Origin: Bacilli bacterium
GTDB taxonomy: Bacteria; Bacillota_I; Bacilli_A; ML615J-28; CAG-698
DNA: 56,591 nt
Direction of reading: 5' to 3'
NCBI GenBank assembly: GCA_041675825.1
Contig: JBAYTC010000001.1
Coordinates: 1-56,591, forward strand
Shown one piece after another: positions 37,698 through 46,774 of the stretch; the stretch's first letter is position 1; each line of letters opens with the position of its first letter. The notes under the pieces are model-generated. The model was not told the DNA's origin. It saw only the letters and a program-made list of their open reading frames with translations, and ran no database searches. Both the position numbers and the translations under genes were made by a program.

Positions 37698-38824
37698 TGA
37701 AAAAATATAGATTATTTTTATTATTTATTACTTTATTAACTGTTCTAGTTACAAGTGGATGTTCTTCTCAAAATAAGTTACTAATACTTAATTGGGGAGA
37801 GTATATAAGTGAAGAAGTTGTTGAAATGTTTGAACAAGAATACGATGTTAGAGTTAGTATAAGTTTGGCAGATTCAAATGAATTATTTTATTCTAAAATA
37901 AAAGCAGGTACAACAGCTTATGATTTAGTAGTTCCATCAGACTATATGGTAGAAAAAATGTATGAAAAGAACTTGCTTCAAAAAATTGATTATTCTAAAT
38001 TAACTAACTATGATAAAGTACTCAACCCTTTTATGCCAGGAGTAATTGATATTCAAAGCAAAATGTTTACAGATAGTAGTAATTATGCAGTCCCATATTT
38101 TTGGGGTACATTTGGTTTAATGTATAATAAAAACAAGCAAGGACTAAAGGAGGCTGTAACATCAAAAGGCTGGGAAGCCTACTTTAATCCAGAAAATTTG
38201 CCATCAGGGACAAAAGTTGGAATGTATGATGTACCAAGATTTGCATATGCAGCAGCACTACTAGCAAGTGATATGAGCCCAAATCTTGAAACAAGTGAAT
38301 CCTTAAATGTAGCCAAAAGTATGTTATCAAGAGTTAAATTTGCTGAATGGGGCACTGATACTTTAAAAAAAGGTGTAGCTAATGGAAATTTAGATTTAGC
38401 ATTTGTCTATACTGGTGATTTCCTTGATATGTTATATGTAAAATTAGATGATGGAAATACAATTGAAGATATTAATTTTGATATTTATATTCCTGATCAA
38501 ACAATTGCATTTATGGATGCGCTAGTTATTCCTAAAAAAGCAAGAAATGTTGAAATGGCACATGCATTCATAAATTTCATGTTACGACCTGAAATAGCCT
38601 ATATGAATGCATCTGTTATTGGGTATGCCACTCCATTACTAAACTCTTATAATCAAATTGTAAATTATCAAGGAAATGATGAATGGTTAAGTAGTTGGGC
38701 TTATGCAACAAAGAAGTATTATCCGATACTAGATGTTGCTAAGGGGATGCCTATTGCTAACTTAGAAAGAGATTTTCTAACAAAAATTAACAATATGGTA
38801 AATAATGTAAAAGTGAATAACTAA
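37697..38824 (+). CDS. potD: Spermidine/putrescine-binding lipoprotein
   Basis: Lipobox VTSGC. PotD-like NWGEYI, VPSDYM, PYFWGT. TAATG overlap with potC. Confidence 0.85.
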   Translation: MKKYRLFLLFITLLTVLVTSGCSSQNKLLILNWGEYISEEVVEMFEQEYDVRVSISLADSNELFYSKIKAGTTAYDLVVPSDYMVEKMYEKNLLQKIDYSKLTNYDKVLNPFMPGVIDIQSKMFTDSSNYAVPYFWGTFGLMYNKNKQGLKEAVTSKGWEAYFNPENLPSGTKVGMYDVPRFAYAAALLASDMSPNLETSESLNVAKSMLSRVKFAEWGTDTLKKGVANGNLDLAFVYTGDFLDMLYVKLDDGNTIEDINFDIYIPDQTIAFMDALVIPKKARNVEMAHAFINFMLRPEIAYMNASVIGYATPLLNSYNQIVNYQGNDEWLSSWAYATKKYYPILDVAKGMPIANLERDFLTKINNMVNNVKVNN

Positions 38825-38828
38825 AAAG

Positions 38829-38856
38829 AAGTACAACCATTAACGGTTGTACTTTT
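38829..38856. terminator. Bidirectional terminator between potD (+) and the GGDEF-EAL gene (-)
   Basis: aagtacaacc-attaac-ggttgtactt flanked by A and T runs. Confidence 0.8.
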
Positions 38857-40213
38857 AAATATCTAAATCTTTAAGTGGTTTTGGTTTATAATACAGATAT
38901 CCCTGATAAGCATAACACCCAAGTTTTTTTAAGTGGTCTAATTGTTCGGAGGTTTCTACACCTTCAGCAATTGTTTTAATTCCAATTAAATTACTTATTT
39001 CTATTGAATACCTAACAATTGCTTCATCAATATTATTATCTAATAAACCATCAATAAACATTTTGTCAATTTTAAGATAATCTAGAGGCAAAAGTTTAAT
39101 ATAAGTAAGTGAAGAATATCCTTTTCCAAAATCATCAATTGCAATTTTTATGTTTCTATTTTTAAGCTTATTAATTTTACTAATTGTATCCTCAAAATCT
39201 CTAATTGCTATCGATTCGGTAATTTCAATTGTAATTAGGCTAGTATCAATTTCATATTCATCAAATATTTCAAATAGTATATCACAAAACTTTATATCAT
39301 TAAAAAATAGAGTAGAAATATTAATGGAAACCGGGAATGGCTGCTTATTCGAATCAATTCTCGATTTTAAGTCCCTGCAAATATTTGTAATCATTATTTT
39401 ATCTAGTTGATCAATTAGCTTAAGTTCCTCAGCAGCAGGTATAAATAGATTTGGAGAAATCAGTCCATCAACAGGATGATTCCATCTAGCCAAAGCTTCA
39501 TATGAGAAAACATCGTTACTTTCCGTTAAAACCTTTGGCTGATAGTGGACTACAAAGTCGTTATTATTAATTGCATCTTTAAGTTCATCAACTAATACAT
39601 ATCTATTACTAAAATATATATTAAAGTCAGGTTCAAAAATTAAGTAATTGTTTTTCCCCTTTTTTTTGGCTTCATACATTGCAATATCAGCTTTTTTAAG
39701 CAGTTCTTCAATTGTAGTGCCATGGTCTGGGTAAATTGATGCTCCCAAGCTACAACTAACACTCACTATTTTTTCACCTATTGAGAAAACTTCATCAATT
39801 GTTTTAATTATTTTATTTGCTATTTCATGTAAATTTATTTTTTTATCAATATTATTAACTATAATTATAAACTCATCACCAGACAAATGTATAATTAAAT
39901 CATCTTCATTAATAATGGATTTAAGTCGATCAGCAATTTGTTTCAATAATTGATCACCATTAAAATGCCCTAAATAGTCATTTACTAATTTAAAATCATC
40001 TATATCCAAAAACATTAAAGCGCTTTGTTGGCTATCTTTTACTAAACGATCAATATCACAAAATGTATTGTCCTTAGATTCAAGCAAGTCACTATAATTA
40101 TTTTTAAGTAAAAATGTTCTAGTTGGAAGATTAGTTAGTGAATCATAAAAAGCGAGTCTTTCAAGTGTTTTCTTAGTTTGTCTGCTTTCTTTTATTTGCT
40201 CGTTAATTCCCAT
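38855..40213 (-). CDS. GGDEF(SGDEF variant)-EAL protein; probably the C-terminal part of a frameshift-split membrane protein
   Basis: 452 aa. Motifs LAFYDSLTNLPTR, HLSGDEFIIIV, YEALARW, DDFGKGYSS, EGVETSEQ, QGYLYYKP. The frame stays open for 28 more codons upstream (40214-40297), encoding a TM helix without any ATG/GTG/TTG. Confidence 0.8.
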   Translation of the reverse strand: MGINEQIKESRQTKKTLERLAFYDSLTNLPTRTFLLKNNYSDLLESKDNTFCDIDRLVKDSQQSALMFLDIDDFKLVNDYLGHFNGDQLLKQIADRLKSIINEDDLIIHLSGDEFIIIVNNIDKKINLHEIANKIIKTIDEVFSIGEKIVSVSCSLGASIYPDHGTTIEELLKKADIAMYEAKKKGKNNYLIFEPDFNIYFSNRYVLVDELKDAINNNDFVVHYQPKVLTESNDVFSYEALARWNHPVDGLISPNLFIPAAEELKLIDQLDKIMITNICRDLKSRIDSNKQPFPVSINISTLFFNDIKFCDILFEIFDEYEIDTSLITIEITESIAIRDFEDTISKINKLKNRNIKIAIDDFGKGYSSLTYIKLLPLDYLKIDKMFIDGLLDNNIDEAIVRYSIEISNLIGIKTIAEGVETSEQLDHLKKLGCYAYQGYLYYKPKPLKDLDI

Positions 40214-40277
40214 AATTATGAGAACTACGGCTAGGATGAATAAAAGAAGTAAAATATCAGAGATTATACCGGCATCT

Positions 40278-40520
40278 CTAAATTGATTTATAAAAAATCA
40301 CCAAACTTATTGATGCCATAACCCACAAAGAATAAACGATTTTCTTATTATTTGTATTGCTGCCAAGAAGAATACCTTCTAATGTAACAATTAAAAGCAT
40401 ACCTCTTAAAAAGTAAGTTAATGTATCTATTTGAACTGTAAGAGTTTTTAGAATAAAAAAGGAAGTAAAAAGAAATATTATGAAAACTATTAAGAATACT
40501 ATATTAAATTTTTTATTCAT
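40278..40520 (-). CDS. 80-aa three-TM membrane ORF; probably the N-terminal fragment of the downstream GGDEF-EAL gene
   Basis: Three hydrophobic helices. It ends 4 codons after a T6 run (A6 at 40292-40297 on the + strand), where a 1-nt change would join it to the GGDEF-EAL frame. Confidence 0.55.
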   Translation of the reverse strand: MNKKFNIVFLIVFIIFLFTSFFILKTLTVQIDTLTYFLRGMLLIVTLEGILLGSNTNNKKIVYSLWVMASISLVIFYKSI

Positions 40521-40529
40521 TGGATACCT

Positions 40530-42101
40530 CTATTCTATTTCGTCATAGAATGAAAAAATCCTACCAGAATTTTTCGCATTATACATTGCTTTATCAGCCT
40601 TGCTGATCAATTCTTCTGTGTTCGTTGAATCTACTGGGTATTTAGCAATTCCTACGCTACAGATTACTTCAATATCTTCATTGTTTATTTTCGCAAATCT
40701 ATTTATTGAATTAATTGAAGTGATAAGATTTTCTTTTGAAATATTATCTTTAACAAAAACAACAAACTCATCTCCCCCATATCGAGAAATAATTTGACCT
40801 TTAAACGTTTCTACTAATGTTTTAGCAAAAGTAACAAGTAACTCATCTCCAGTTTTATGACCCAAAGTATCATTGATAGTTTTAAAATTATCAATATCAA
40901 TAAATAACATGTAAAATTGATCGAAAGTATTAAGAAGTAAGTTTTTTACCTTTTCAACAAAGTAGGTTCGGTTATAAAGGGCAGTTAGTGAGTCCTTTTG
41001 AATCATCAATAAAAATTTTTTGTTGATGGAATCTATCTCATCTAAGCTTTTAAACACACTCACATAATTGGTAATTTCCCCAAAATTATCTTTTATAGAA
41101 AAAATATTAATCCATTGTGGATATAACACCCCACTTTTTTTCCTATTCCATACTTCTCCTTGGAAGCTACCCTTTTTATTAATACTATTATACATTGAAT
41201 TATAGAAGTCTATTCCATGTAAACCGGATTGTAGGATTTCTGGGGTTTTGCCAATTGCTTCTTTTTTTGTGTATTCAGTTATATCAGTAAAAGCATTGTT
41301 AACCCAAATTATTTTTCTGTCAGCATCCGTAATAAAAACCCCATCACTATTGTGTTCAATAATTTTTCTAAACATACGAAGTTCTGTTTGGTTTTCAACT
41401 TCTCTAGTTGTATCAGTATAAAACACTTGTGTACCAACTACTTTTGAATTGTATAAATATGGTATTGCAAAAACATTGCAATTAAATATATGTTTATTTT
41501 TTGTAATTCTCTTTGTATCTACATTTATAACTTCACCATTAAATATTTTATTATAATTTTCTTCTAATTCAAATACATAATCATCAGGAGCAATAAAATC
41601 AGATATTTTCTTAAATTTAACCTCATCAAGTGTATAACCGAACATTTTAGTAAATTCTTTATTAATGGTTAAGACTTTATGGTTTGAATCGATTATGCAT
41701 ATAGCACTGGGTATGTCTTCAAAAATATTGGCATTATAATCACTTACTATAATGTCGGTATCTTCTGGATATATTAGTAGACTTAGTAGTAAAGTATCAT
41801 CTATGTCTAAGTAATTAATTGCACCAAGTGCCGAGAAGTTGCTTTTGTTTTTTTTAACACCCTGAAATTTAAATGCCTTAGGTAAATCATAACGAAGATC
41901 ATGCAGTACATTAATAACAAATTCATCATTTGTATTGACTAAATCCAATATTGAAATATTATATATTTCCTCAATAGAAAAACCATAGAATTTTGCAAAT
42001 GCTTCATTAACTTCAACAATAGCACCACTACCTGGATTAAATACGACGTTTGGGATTTTGTTTTGTTTGAACATTTGTTCATAAAGTTGTAATTTGTTCA
42101 T
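40530..42101 (-). CDS. Cytoplasmic PAS-PAS-PAS-GGDEF diguanylate cyclase
   Basis: 523 aa. Repeated PAS-like segments (e.g. SDGVFITDADRKIIWVNNAFTDITEYTKKEAIGK). Intact active site SRYGGDEFVVFV. Confidence 0.88.
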   Translation of the reverse strand: MNKLQLYEQMFKQNKIPNVVFNPGSGAIVEVNEAFAKFYGFSIEEIYNISILDLVNTNDEFVINVLHDLRYDLPKAFKFQGVKKNKSNFSALGAINYLDIDDTLLLSLLIYPEDTDIIVSDYNANIFEDIPSAICIIDSNHKVLTINKEFTKMFGYTLDEVKFKKISDFIAPDDYVFELEENYNKIFNGEVINVDTKRITKNKHIFNCNVFAIPYLYNSKVVGTQVFYTDTTREVENQTELRMFRKIIEHNSDGVFITDADRKIIWVNNAFTDITEYTKKEAIGKTPEILQSGLHGIDFYNSMYNSINKKGSFQGEVWNRKKSGVLYPQWINIFSIKDNFGEITNYVSVFKSLDEIDSINKKFLLMIQKDSLTALYNRTYFVEKVKNLLLNTFDQFYMLFIDIDNFKTINDTLGHKTGDELLVTFAKTLVETFKGQIISRYGGDEFVVFVKDNISKENLITSINSINRFAKINNEDIEVICSVGIAKYPVDSTNTEELISKADKAMYNAKNSGRIFSFYDEIE

Positions 42102-42203
42102 ATTTAACCTCCTGGGTTAGTTACAATTATATTATACCCTGTAATAAGGCAATATACACTTTAACTAATTATATTATAACATATTTGTGAGTAATTCGCA
42201 TTA

Positions 42204-42260
42204 AATACATATCTTACAAAATCTTTACAAACTTTTACAATAGTATGATATTTTTATAGT
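42204..42260 (+). promoter_or_regulatory. Candidate Pho boxes (four TTACA-type hexamers at 9-11 bp intervals) and a -10 element upstream of pstS
   Basis: AATACA at 42204, CTTACA at 42213, TTTACA at 42224, TTTACA at 42234, then TATAGT at 42255-42260. This resembles the B. subtilis PhoP site architecture, TT(A/T/C)ACA direct repeats on one helix face. Confidence 0.55.
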
Positions 42261-42308
42261 TTTATATTTGATATACTTAAGGTGTAAATTAAGAGAAGGA
42301 GAAAAGAA

Positions 42309-43223
42309 ATGAAAAAAATTCTAAGTTTAATGTTTTTGTTTTTATTGGTATTGGCTGGGTGTTCAAAGAATGAAGATCCAAGTATAACAGTGTATACAAG
42401 AGATACTCATAGTGGGACTCGTGATGGATTTTTCACAATTATTGAATTTAAAGATGCAATAAAAGATAATAATGTTCTAACAGAAGGTTACGTAGAAGTG
42501 GCAGGAAATGGAGATATGATATCCGCTTTAAAAAACGATGAATTTGGTATTGGATATATTTCACTTTCAAGTTTAGCTACATCTGGGCTAAAAGGTTTGT
42601 CTTTTAATGGGGTGAATCCAACAGAAGAAAACGTTATAAGTGGAGAGTATGAATTATTCAGAAATTTTAACTATGTAACCAGAATTAATTTTGATAACGA
42701 CAAAGAAGAAGAACTTGTTGAAGCATTTGTTGCATATATGGGAACCGTTGAAGGTAAAGCAACAATTGCAGGAAAAGATGGTATTGTAGAAGTAAAATCT
42801 ACTGATAAATCATGGAATGATATTAAAGAGAAATATTCAGTAGTGAACGAAGATAATAGTGATATTACAATTAGATTTGGTGGATCAACTTCTGTTGAGA
42901 AAGTAGCAAGAGCACTTTCTGCGGATTTCAGTAAAAAAGCAGGTAATTTTAAATACGAGCATAATCATACAGGTAGTAGTGATGCGTATATAGGGACTCA
43001 AGGTGATGGAAAAGATGGAAATAACAAAATGCATATAGGATTCGCATCAAGAGAATTTAAACTAACATCTGATGAGCAGTTAAGCAATGGTACATATGGA
43101 AAATTATGTGTGGATGCAATTGTTGCAGTTGTTAGTCCTAATAACAAGATATCAAACATTACCAATGCGGAGTTAAAAGATATTTATAGTGGAAATGTTG
43201 GAAAGTGGAGTGAATTAGAATAG
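42309..43223 (+). CDS. pstS: Phosphate ABC transporter substrate-binding lipoprotein; order of conserved motifs circularly permuted
   Basis: Lipobox VLAGC. PstS motifs are present in swapped order: TRDTHSGTRDGF and GIGYISL come first, then GGSTSV, TGSSDA, GFASRE and IYSGNVGKWSEL come last. First gene of the pst operon. Confidence 0.8.
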   Translation: MKKILSLMFLFLLVLAGCSKNEDPSITVYTRDTHSGTRDGFFTIIEFKDAIKDNNVLTEGYVEVAGNGDMISALKNDEFGIGYISLSSLATSGLKGLSFNGVNPTEENVISGEYELFRNFNYVTRINFDNDKEEELVEAFVAYMGTVEGKATIAGKDGIVEVKSTDKSWNDIKEKYSVVNEDNSDITIRFGGSTSVEKVARALSADFSKKAGNFKYEHNHTGSSDAYIGTQGDGKDGNNKMHIGFASREFKLTSDEQLSNGTYGKLCVDAIVAVVSPNNKISNITNAELKDIYSGNVGKWSELE

Positions 43224-43242
43224 ATTTCATCTATTCTATTTT
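43216..43242 (+). terminator. Intra-operon hairpin / partial terminator right after pstS
   Basis: 10-bp perfect stem (tagaatagat / atctattcta) with a 3-nt loop, followed by TTTT. It contains the pstS stop codon. Confidence 0.55.
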
Positions 43243-44190
43243 GTGATTATGGTTGTAGATAAAACAATAAATAAATATGACAAAAAGAGTAATTATGATA
43301 AAATTATGCACCTCTTACTTAAGTTTATTACTTTATTATGTGCATCAAGTATTATTTTAATTGTTATTTTTATATTTTATAAAGGAATTAAGCCATTTAC
43401 TAGTGAATATTTAATTAATGAAAACATGTATAAAGTTGATTTTGTTAAATTTTTGTTTGGCAAAACATGGTTTATTAATCCCAATATTTATGGGGTTGGT
43501 TTTATAATCATCAATACTTTTTATATAGTTATAATATCTTTAATAATTGCAAGTTTCATTTCAGTTATAACAGCACTTTTTATTGCAAGGATTGCACCTA
43601 GAATTCTTGCTAAGGCAATGACTTATGTAATCGAAATGTTAGCTAGTATACCTTCAATTATCTATGGTGTATTTGGGGTTGGTTTTATTACTAAACTTGT
43701 AAAGAATTTATCTAGTTTATTTGGTTATCAAAGTGCAGGGGGAATATCTACATTAACCACAATAATTGTTCTATCAATTATGATAATACCAACAGTTACT
43801 ATGATAAGCATAACCAGTATAAAGGCTGTTAAGAATGATATTATCAATGGTTCACTTGCACTTGGAGCTACGAATACACAAACAAATTTTAAAGTTGTTC
43901 TAGTAAGTGCTAAAAGTGGAATATTTTCTGGGATAATTCTTGGACTGGGTAGAGCATTAGGTGAAGCAACCGCAATATCTATGGTAATAGGTAATAAGGG
44001 TAGTGGACCCACTTTTAACTTTTTTGACACTTCAAGAACTCTAACATCAACAATTCTTTTAGGAATTAAGGAAACTACCGGTTTAGATTACGATATTAGA
44101 TTTTCTGTGGGTATTATATTAATAGTAATTATAATTGCTTCAAATTTGTTGTTAAATTATATAAAAAAAAGAATGGGTAACTTACAATGA
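43243..44190 (+). CDS. pstC: Phosphate ABC transporter permease PstC
   Basis: Multi-TM permease with EAA-type loop (GSLALGAT). The start is GTG at 43243 or ATG at 43249. Confidence 0.85.
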   Translation: MIMVVDKTINKYDKKSNYDKIMHLLLKFITLLCASSIILIVIFIFYKGIKPFTSEYLINENMYKVDFVKFLFGKTWFINPNIYGVGFIIINTFYIVIISLIIASFISVITALFIARIAPRILAKAMTYVIEMLASIPSIIYGVFGVGFITKLVKNLSSLFGYQSAGGISTLTTIIVLSIMIIPTVTMISITSIKAVKNDIINGSLALGATNTQTNFKVVLVSAKSGIFSGIILGLGRALGEATAISMVIGNKGSGPTFNFFDTSRTLTSTILLGIKETTGLDYDIRFSVGIILIVIIIASNLLLNYIKKRMGNLQ

Positions 44191-45380
44191 AAAAATATAA
44201 GAATTATTTTTTGAATACCTTTACTTATGTACTATCTTCTTTTGGGATTTTAATATTAGGATTATTAATATACTTTATTTTTTCAAATGGAATTAGCAGT
44301 TTATCAATAAGTCTTTTGAAAAACGATTATCAAGCAGTTAATTATAATGCTAAGTTAGTTGAGGATATAAATTTCCATTACTACACTGATCCAAACTATG
44401 AAAAAGGACACTTTTCTAGTAAGTGGGGAGTTGTGTTAGAAGATAAGATTGATAACCAAAAAAAACCAATTGTTGTTGTTTCATATTTAGATAACTCATC
44501 TCCACTTCGAAATATGCAAGATATTTCCTCTCGTCAAATAGTGAGAATTAAAGAAGAAATGATAATAGAGAAAATTATTATGGAAAATGATGAAGGTAAT
44601 TTAATTATTTCACTATCTAAAGAAGGCGCAAGTAGTATTGTTAACAAAATGGATGAGGGAATAGTGATAACTGATATGTTAACAAGAACTGAGGGTGGAG
44701 GAATTAGATCATCATTAATTACTACCTTATATTTGATTTTTTTAACATTAATTATTTCTTTACCTTTAGGAATAGCATCTGCAATTTATTTAAGTGAATT
44801 TGCTCCAAATAATAGATTTACTAGATTTCTAAGAAGTTTAATAGATATGATAAGTGGGATTCCTTCTATAATTTTTGGTTTAGTTGGCGCTGTTGTTTTT
44901 ATTCCATTCATGAATGTATTAATAAATTCAGATGGAGGGAGTATTGCCTCTGGGGCATTAACTCTTTCTATAATGCTTTTACCCATCATAATTAGAACAA
45001 CTGAGGAAGGTATTAAAATTGTTCCAAATAACTTGAGGCATGCTTCTTTAGCTCTAGGAGCAAATTTAACCCAAACTACTTTCAAAGTGGTTTTGCCAAA
45101 TGCATTAAGTTCAATTTTAACAGCAGTATTATTGTCAATCGGAAGAATTATTGGTGAAAGTGCTGCTTTAATATATGCAATTGGAACAGTAATATCTGAT
45201 GAGGTTAGTATAAATATGAGATCTACTAGTTTATCAGTTCATATTTGGAGTTTAATGAGTGGTGAAAATCCTAACTTTGAGGTTTCATCAGCAATAGCCA
45301 TTATAATATTAATTATAGTTTTTATATTAAGTGCATTAATCAAAATATTATCGATAAATTTGAACAAGAGGTTAACATAA
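44187..45380 (+). CDS. pstA: Phosphate ABC transporter permease PstA with an enlarged first extracytoplasmic loop
   Basis: 397 aa. ATGA overlap with pstC. EAA loop [10 protein letters not shown]. About 140 aa separate TM1 and TM2. Confidence 0.85.
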   Translation: MKKYKNYFLNTFTYVLSSFGILILGLLIYFIFSNGISSLSISLLKNDYQAVNYNAKLVEDINFHYYTDPNYEKGHFSSKWGVVLEDKIDNQKKPIVVVSYLDNSSPLRNMQDISSRQIVRIKEEMIIEKIIMENDEGNLIISLSKEGASSIVNKMDEGIVITDMLTRTEGGGIRSSLITTLYLIFLTLIISLPLGIASAIYLSEFAPNNRFTRFLRSLIDMISGIPSIIFGLVGAVVFIPFMNVLINSDGGSIASGALTLSIMLLPIIIRTTEEGIKIVPNNLRHASLALGANLTQTTFKVVLPNALSSILTAVLLSIGRIIGESAALIYAIGTVISDEVSINMRSTSLSVHIWSLMSGENPNFEVSSAIAIIILIIVFILSALIKILSINLNKRLT

Positions 45381-46129
45381 TGGAAAAAATCATAAGTGTA
45401 AATTCCGTAGATCTAAAGTATGGGTCAAAAGAAGTATTAAAAAATATTAATATGAGCATTTACAAAAATAAAGTTACAGCTTTTATTGGACCTTCAGGTT
45501 GTGGGAAATCATCTTTACTAAGATGTTTTAATCGTATGAATGATTTAATAGATGATTGTGTTATTAACGGAGATATTTTCTATGAAAATGAGGATATTTC
45601 CAAAGTGAATCCAGTAATGTTAAGAAGTGAAGTAGGAATGGTATTCCAAAGTCCAAATCCATTTCCTATGAGTATTTATGATAATATTACCTATGGACCT
45701 AAATGCCAGGGAATTAAAGATAAACACTTACTTAATGATATTGTTGTTACTTCTTTAAAAAAAGCAGCACTTTATGAAGAAGTTAAAGATAGATTAAAGG
45801 ATAATGCCTTAAGTTTATCGGGAGGGCAACAACAAAGACTTTGTATAGCAAGAACTATAGCTATGAATCCCAAGATAATATTAATGGATGAACCTACCAG
45901 TGCTCTAGATCCAATTGCAACTCTGAAAATTGAAGAGTTAATTTATGAACTGAAAAAAGATTATACAATAATAATTGTAACTCATAATATGAATCAAGCG
46001 GCTAGAATTAGTGATTTTACAGGGTTTTTCTTGTTAGGAGAAGTTATTGAATTTGGTAGTACAAAACAAATATTTAAAAACCCAATAAACAAGAAGACTG
46101 AAGATTATATAACAGGAAGGTTTGGATGA
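45380..46129 (+). CDS. pstB: Phosphate ABC transporter ATP-binding protein
   Basis: 249 aa. [34 protein letters not shown], and the PstB-typical [14 protein letters not shown]. Confidence 0.93.
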   Translation: MEKIISVNSVDLKYGSKEVLKNINMSIYKNKVTAFIGPSGCGKSSLLRCFNRMNDLIDDCVINGDIFYENEDISKVNPVMLRSEVGMVFQSPNPFPMSIYDNITYGPKCQGIKDKHLLNDIVVTSLKKAALYEEVKDRLKDNALSLSGGQQQRLCIARTIAMNPKIILMDEPTSALDPIATLKIEELIYELKKDYTIIIVTHNMNQAARISDFTGFFLLGEVIEFGSTKQIFKNPINKKTEDYITGRFG

Positions 46130-46130
46130 T

Positions 46131-46766
46131 ATGTTAATAGAAAAAGAAATAGAATATTTAAATCAAATTCTTCTAAAAATGGCTGACCACGTTGAGTTTA
46201 ATATAAGTGAAGCTTTTAAAGCTTATGTCAATTGTGATAAATCCATTTATGTAAATGATGATATCATTGATCAATATGAAAGACTTATTGAAGAGGTATG
46301 TCTTGATATTCTACTGAAAGAGAAACTATATGCTAAAGACTTAAGAAAGGTCACAGGAATACTAAGAATGGTTGCTGATTTAGAAAGAATTGGGGACCAT
46401 GCTGAGGATATTATTGAATACAATCAAAAAACCAATTACAACAAGAATGATTTTTTAGAAAGTTTTCAGGAAACGGTAAGTGTTGCATTATCTATGGTAA
46501 TAGATTCAATTTTGAGTTTTGTAAATGAAGATTATAATCTAGCAAAAGATGTAATAAATAGAGATGAAATAGTAGATGGAAAATATAGTGAATGGATTGA
46601 ATATATTGCAAAATTGGATCAGGAAAACATAATTGATTCTAAACTTGCAATATATACAACAATAATGGTAAAATATATTGAAAGGATTGCTGATCATGCT
46701 GTTAATATTGCTGAATGGGCGGTATATATGATTAACGGCTATTATAAAGATAAGCAGATATTCTAG
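46131..46766 (+). CDS. phoU: Phosphate signalling regulator PhoU
   Basis: Two repeats carrying the ERIGDHA / ERIADHA motifs. ATG at 46131 lies 10 nt after GGAAGG. The track start TTG at 46122 overlaps the end of pstB. Confidence 0.9.
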   Translation: MLIEKEIEYLNQILLKMADHVEFNISEAFKAYVNCDKSIYVNDDIIDQYERLIEEVCLDILLKEKLYAKDLRKVTGILRMVADLERIGDHAEDIIEYNQKTNYNKNDFLESFQETVSVALSMVIDSILSFVNEDYNLAKDVINRDEIVDGKYSEWIEYIAKLDQENIIDSKLAIYTTIMVKYIERIADHAVNIAEWAVYMINGYYKDKQIF

Positions 46767-46774
46767 ATATAAAG

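Noticed and set aside
40214-40297. Alternative reading of the open frame upstream of the GGDEF-EAL ATG as use of a non-canonical start (ATA/ATC/ATT) rather than a frameshift.
   Set aside because: There is no RBS in the stretch. The encoded TM helix continues naturally from the 80-aa ORF after a 1-nt correction in the T6 run, so a split gene is the simpler explanation. This cannot be excluded without experimental data.
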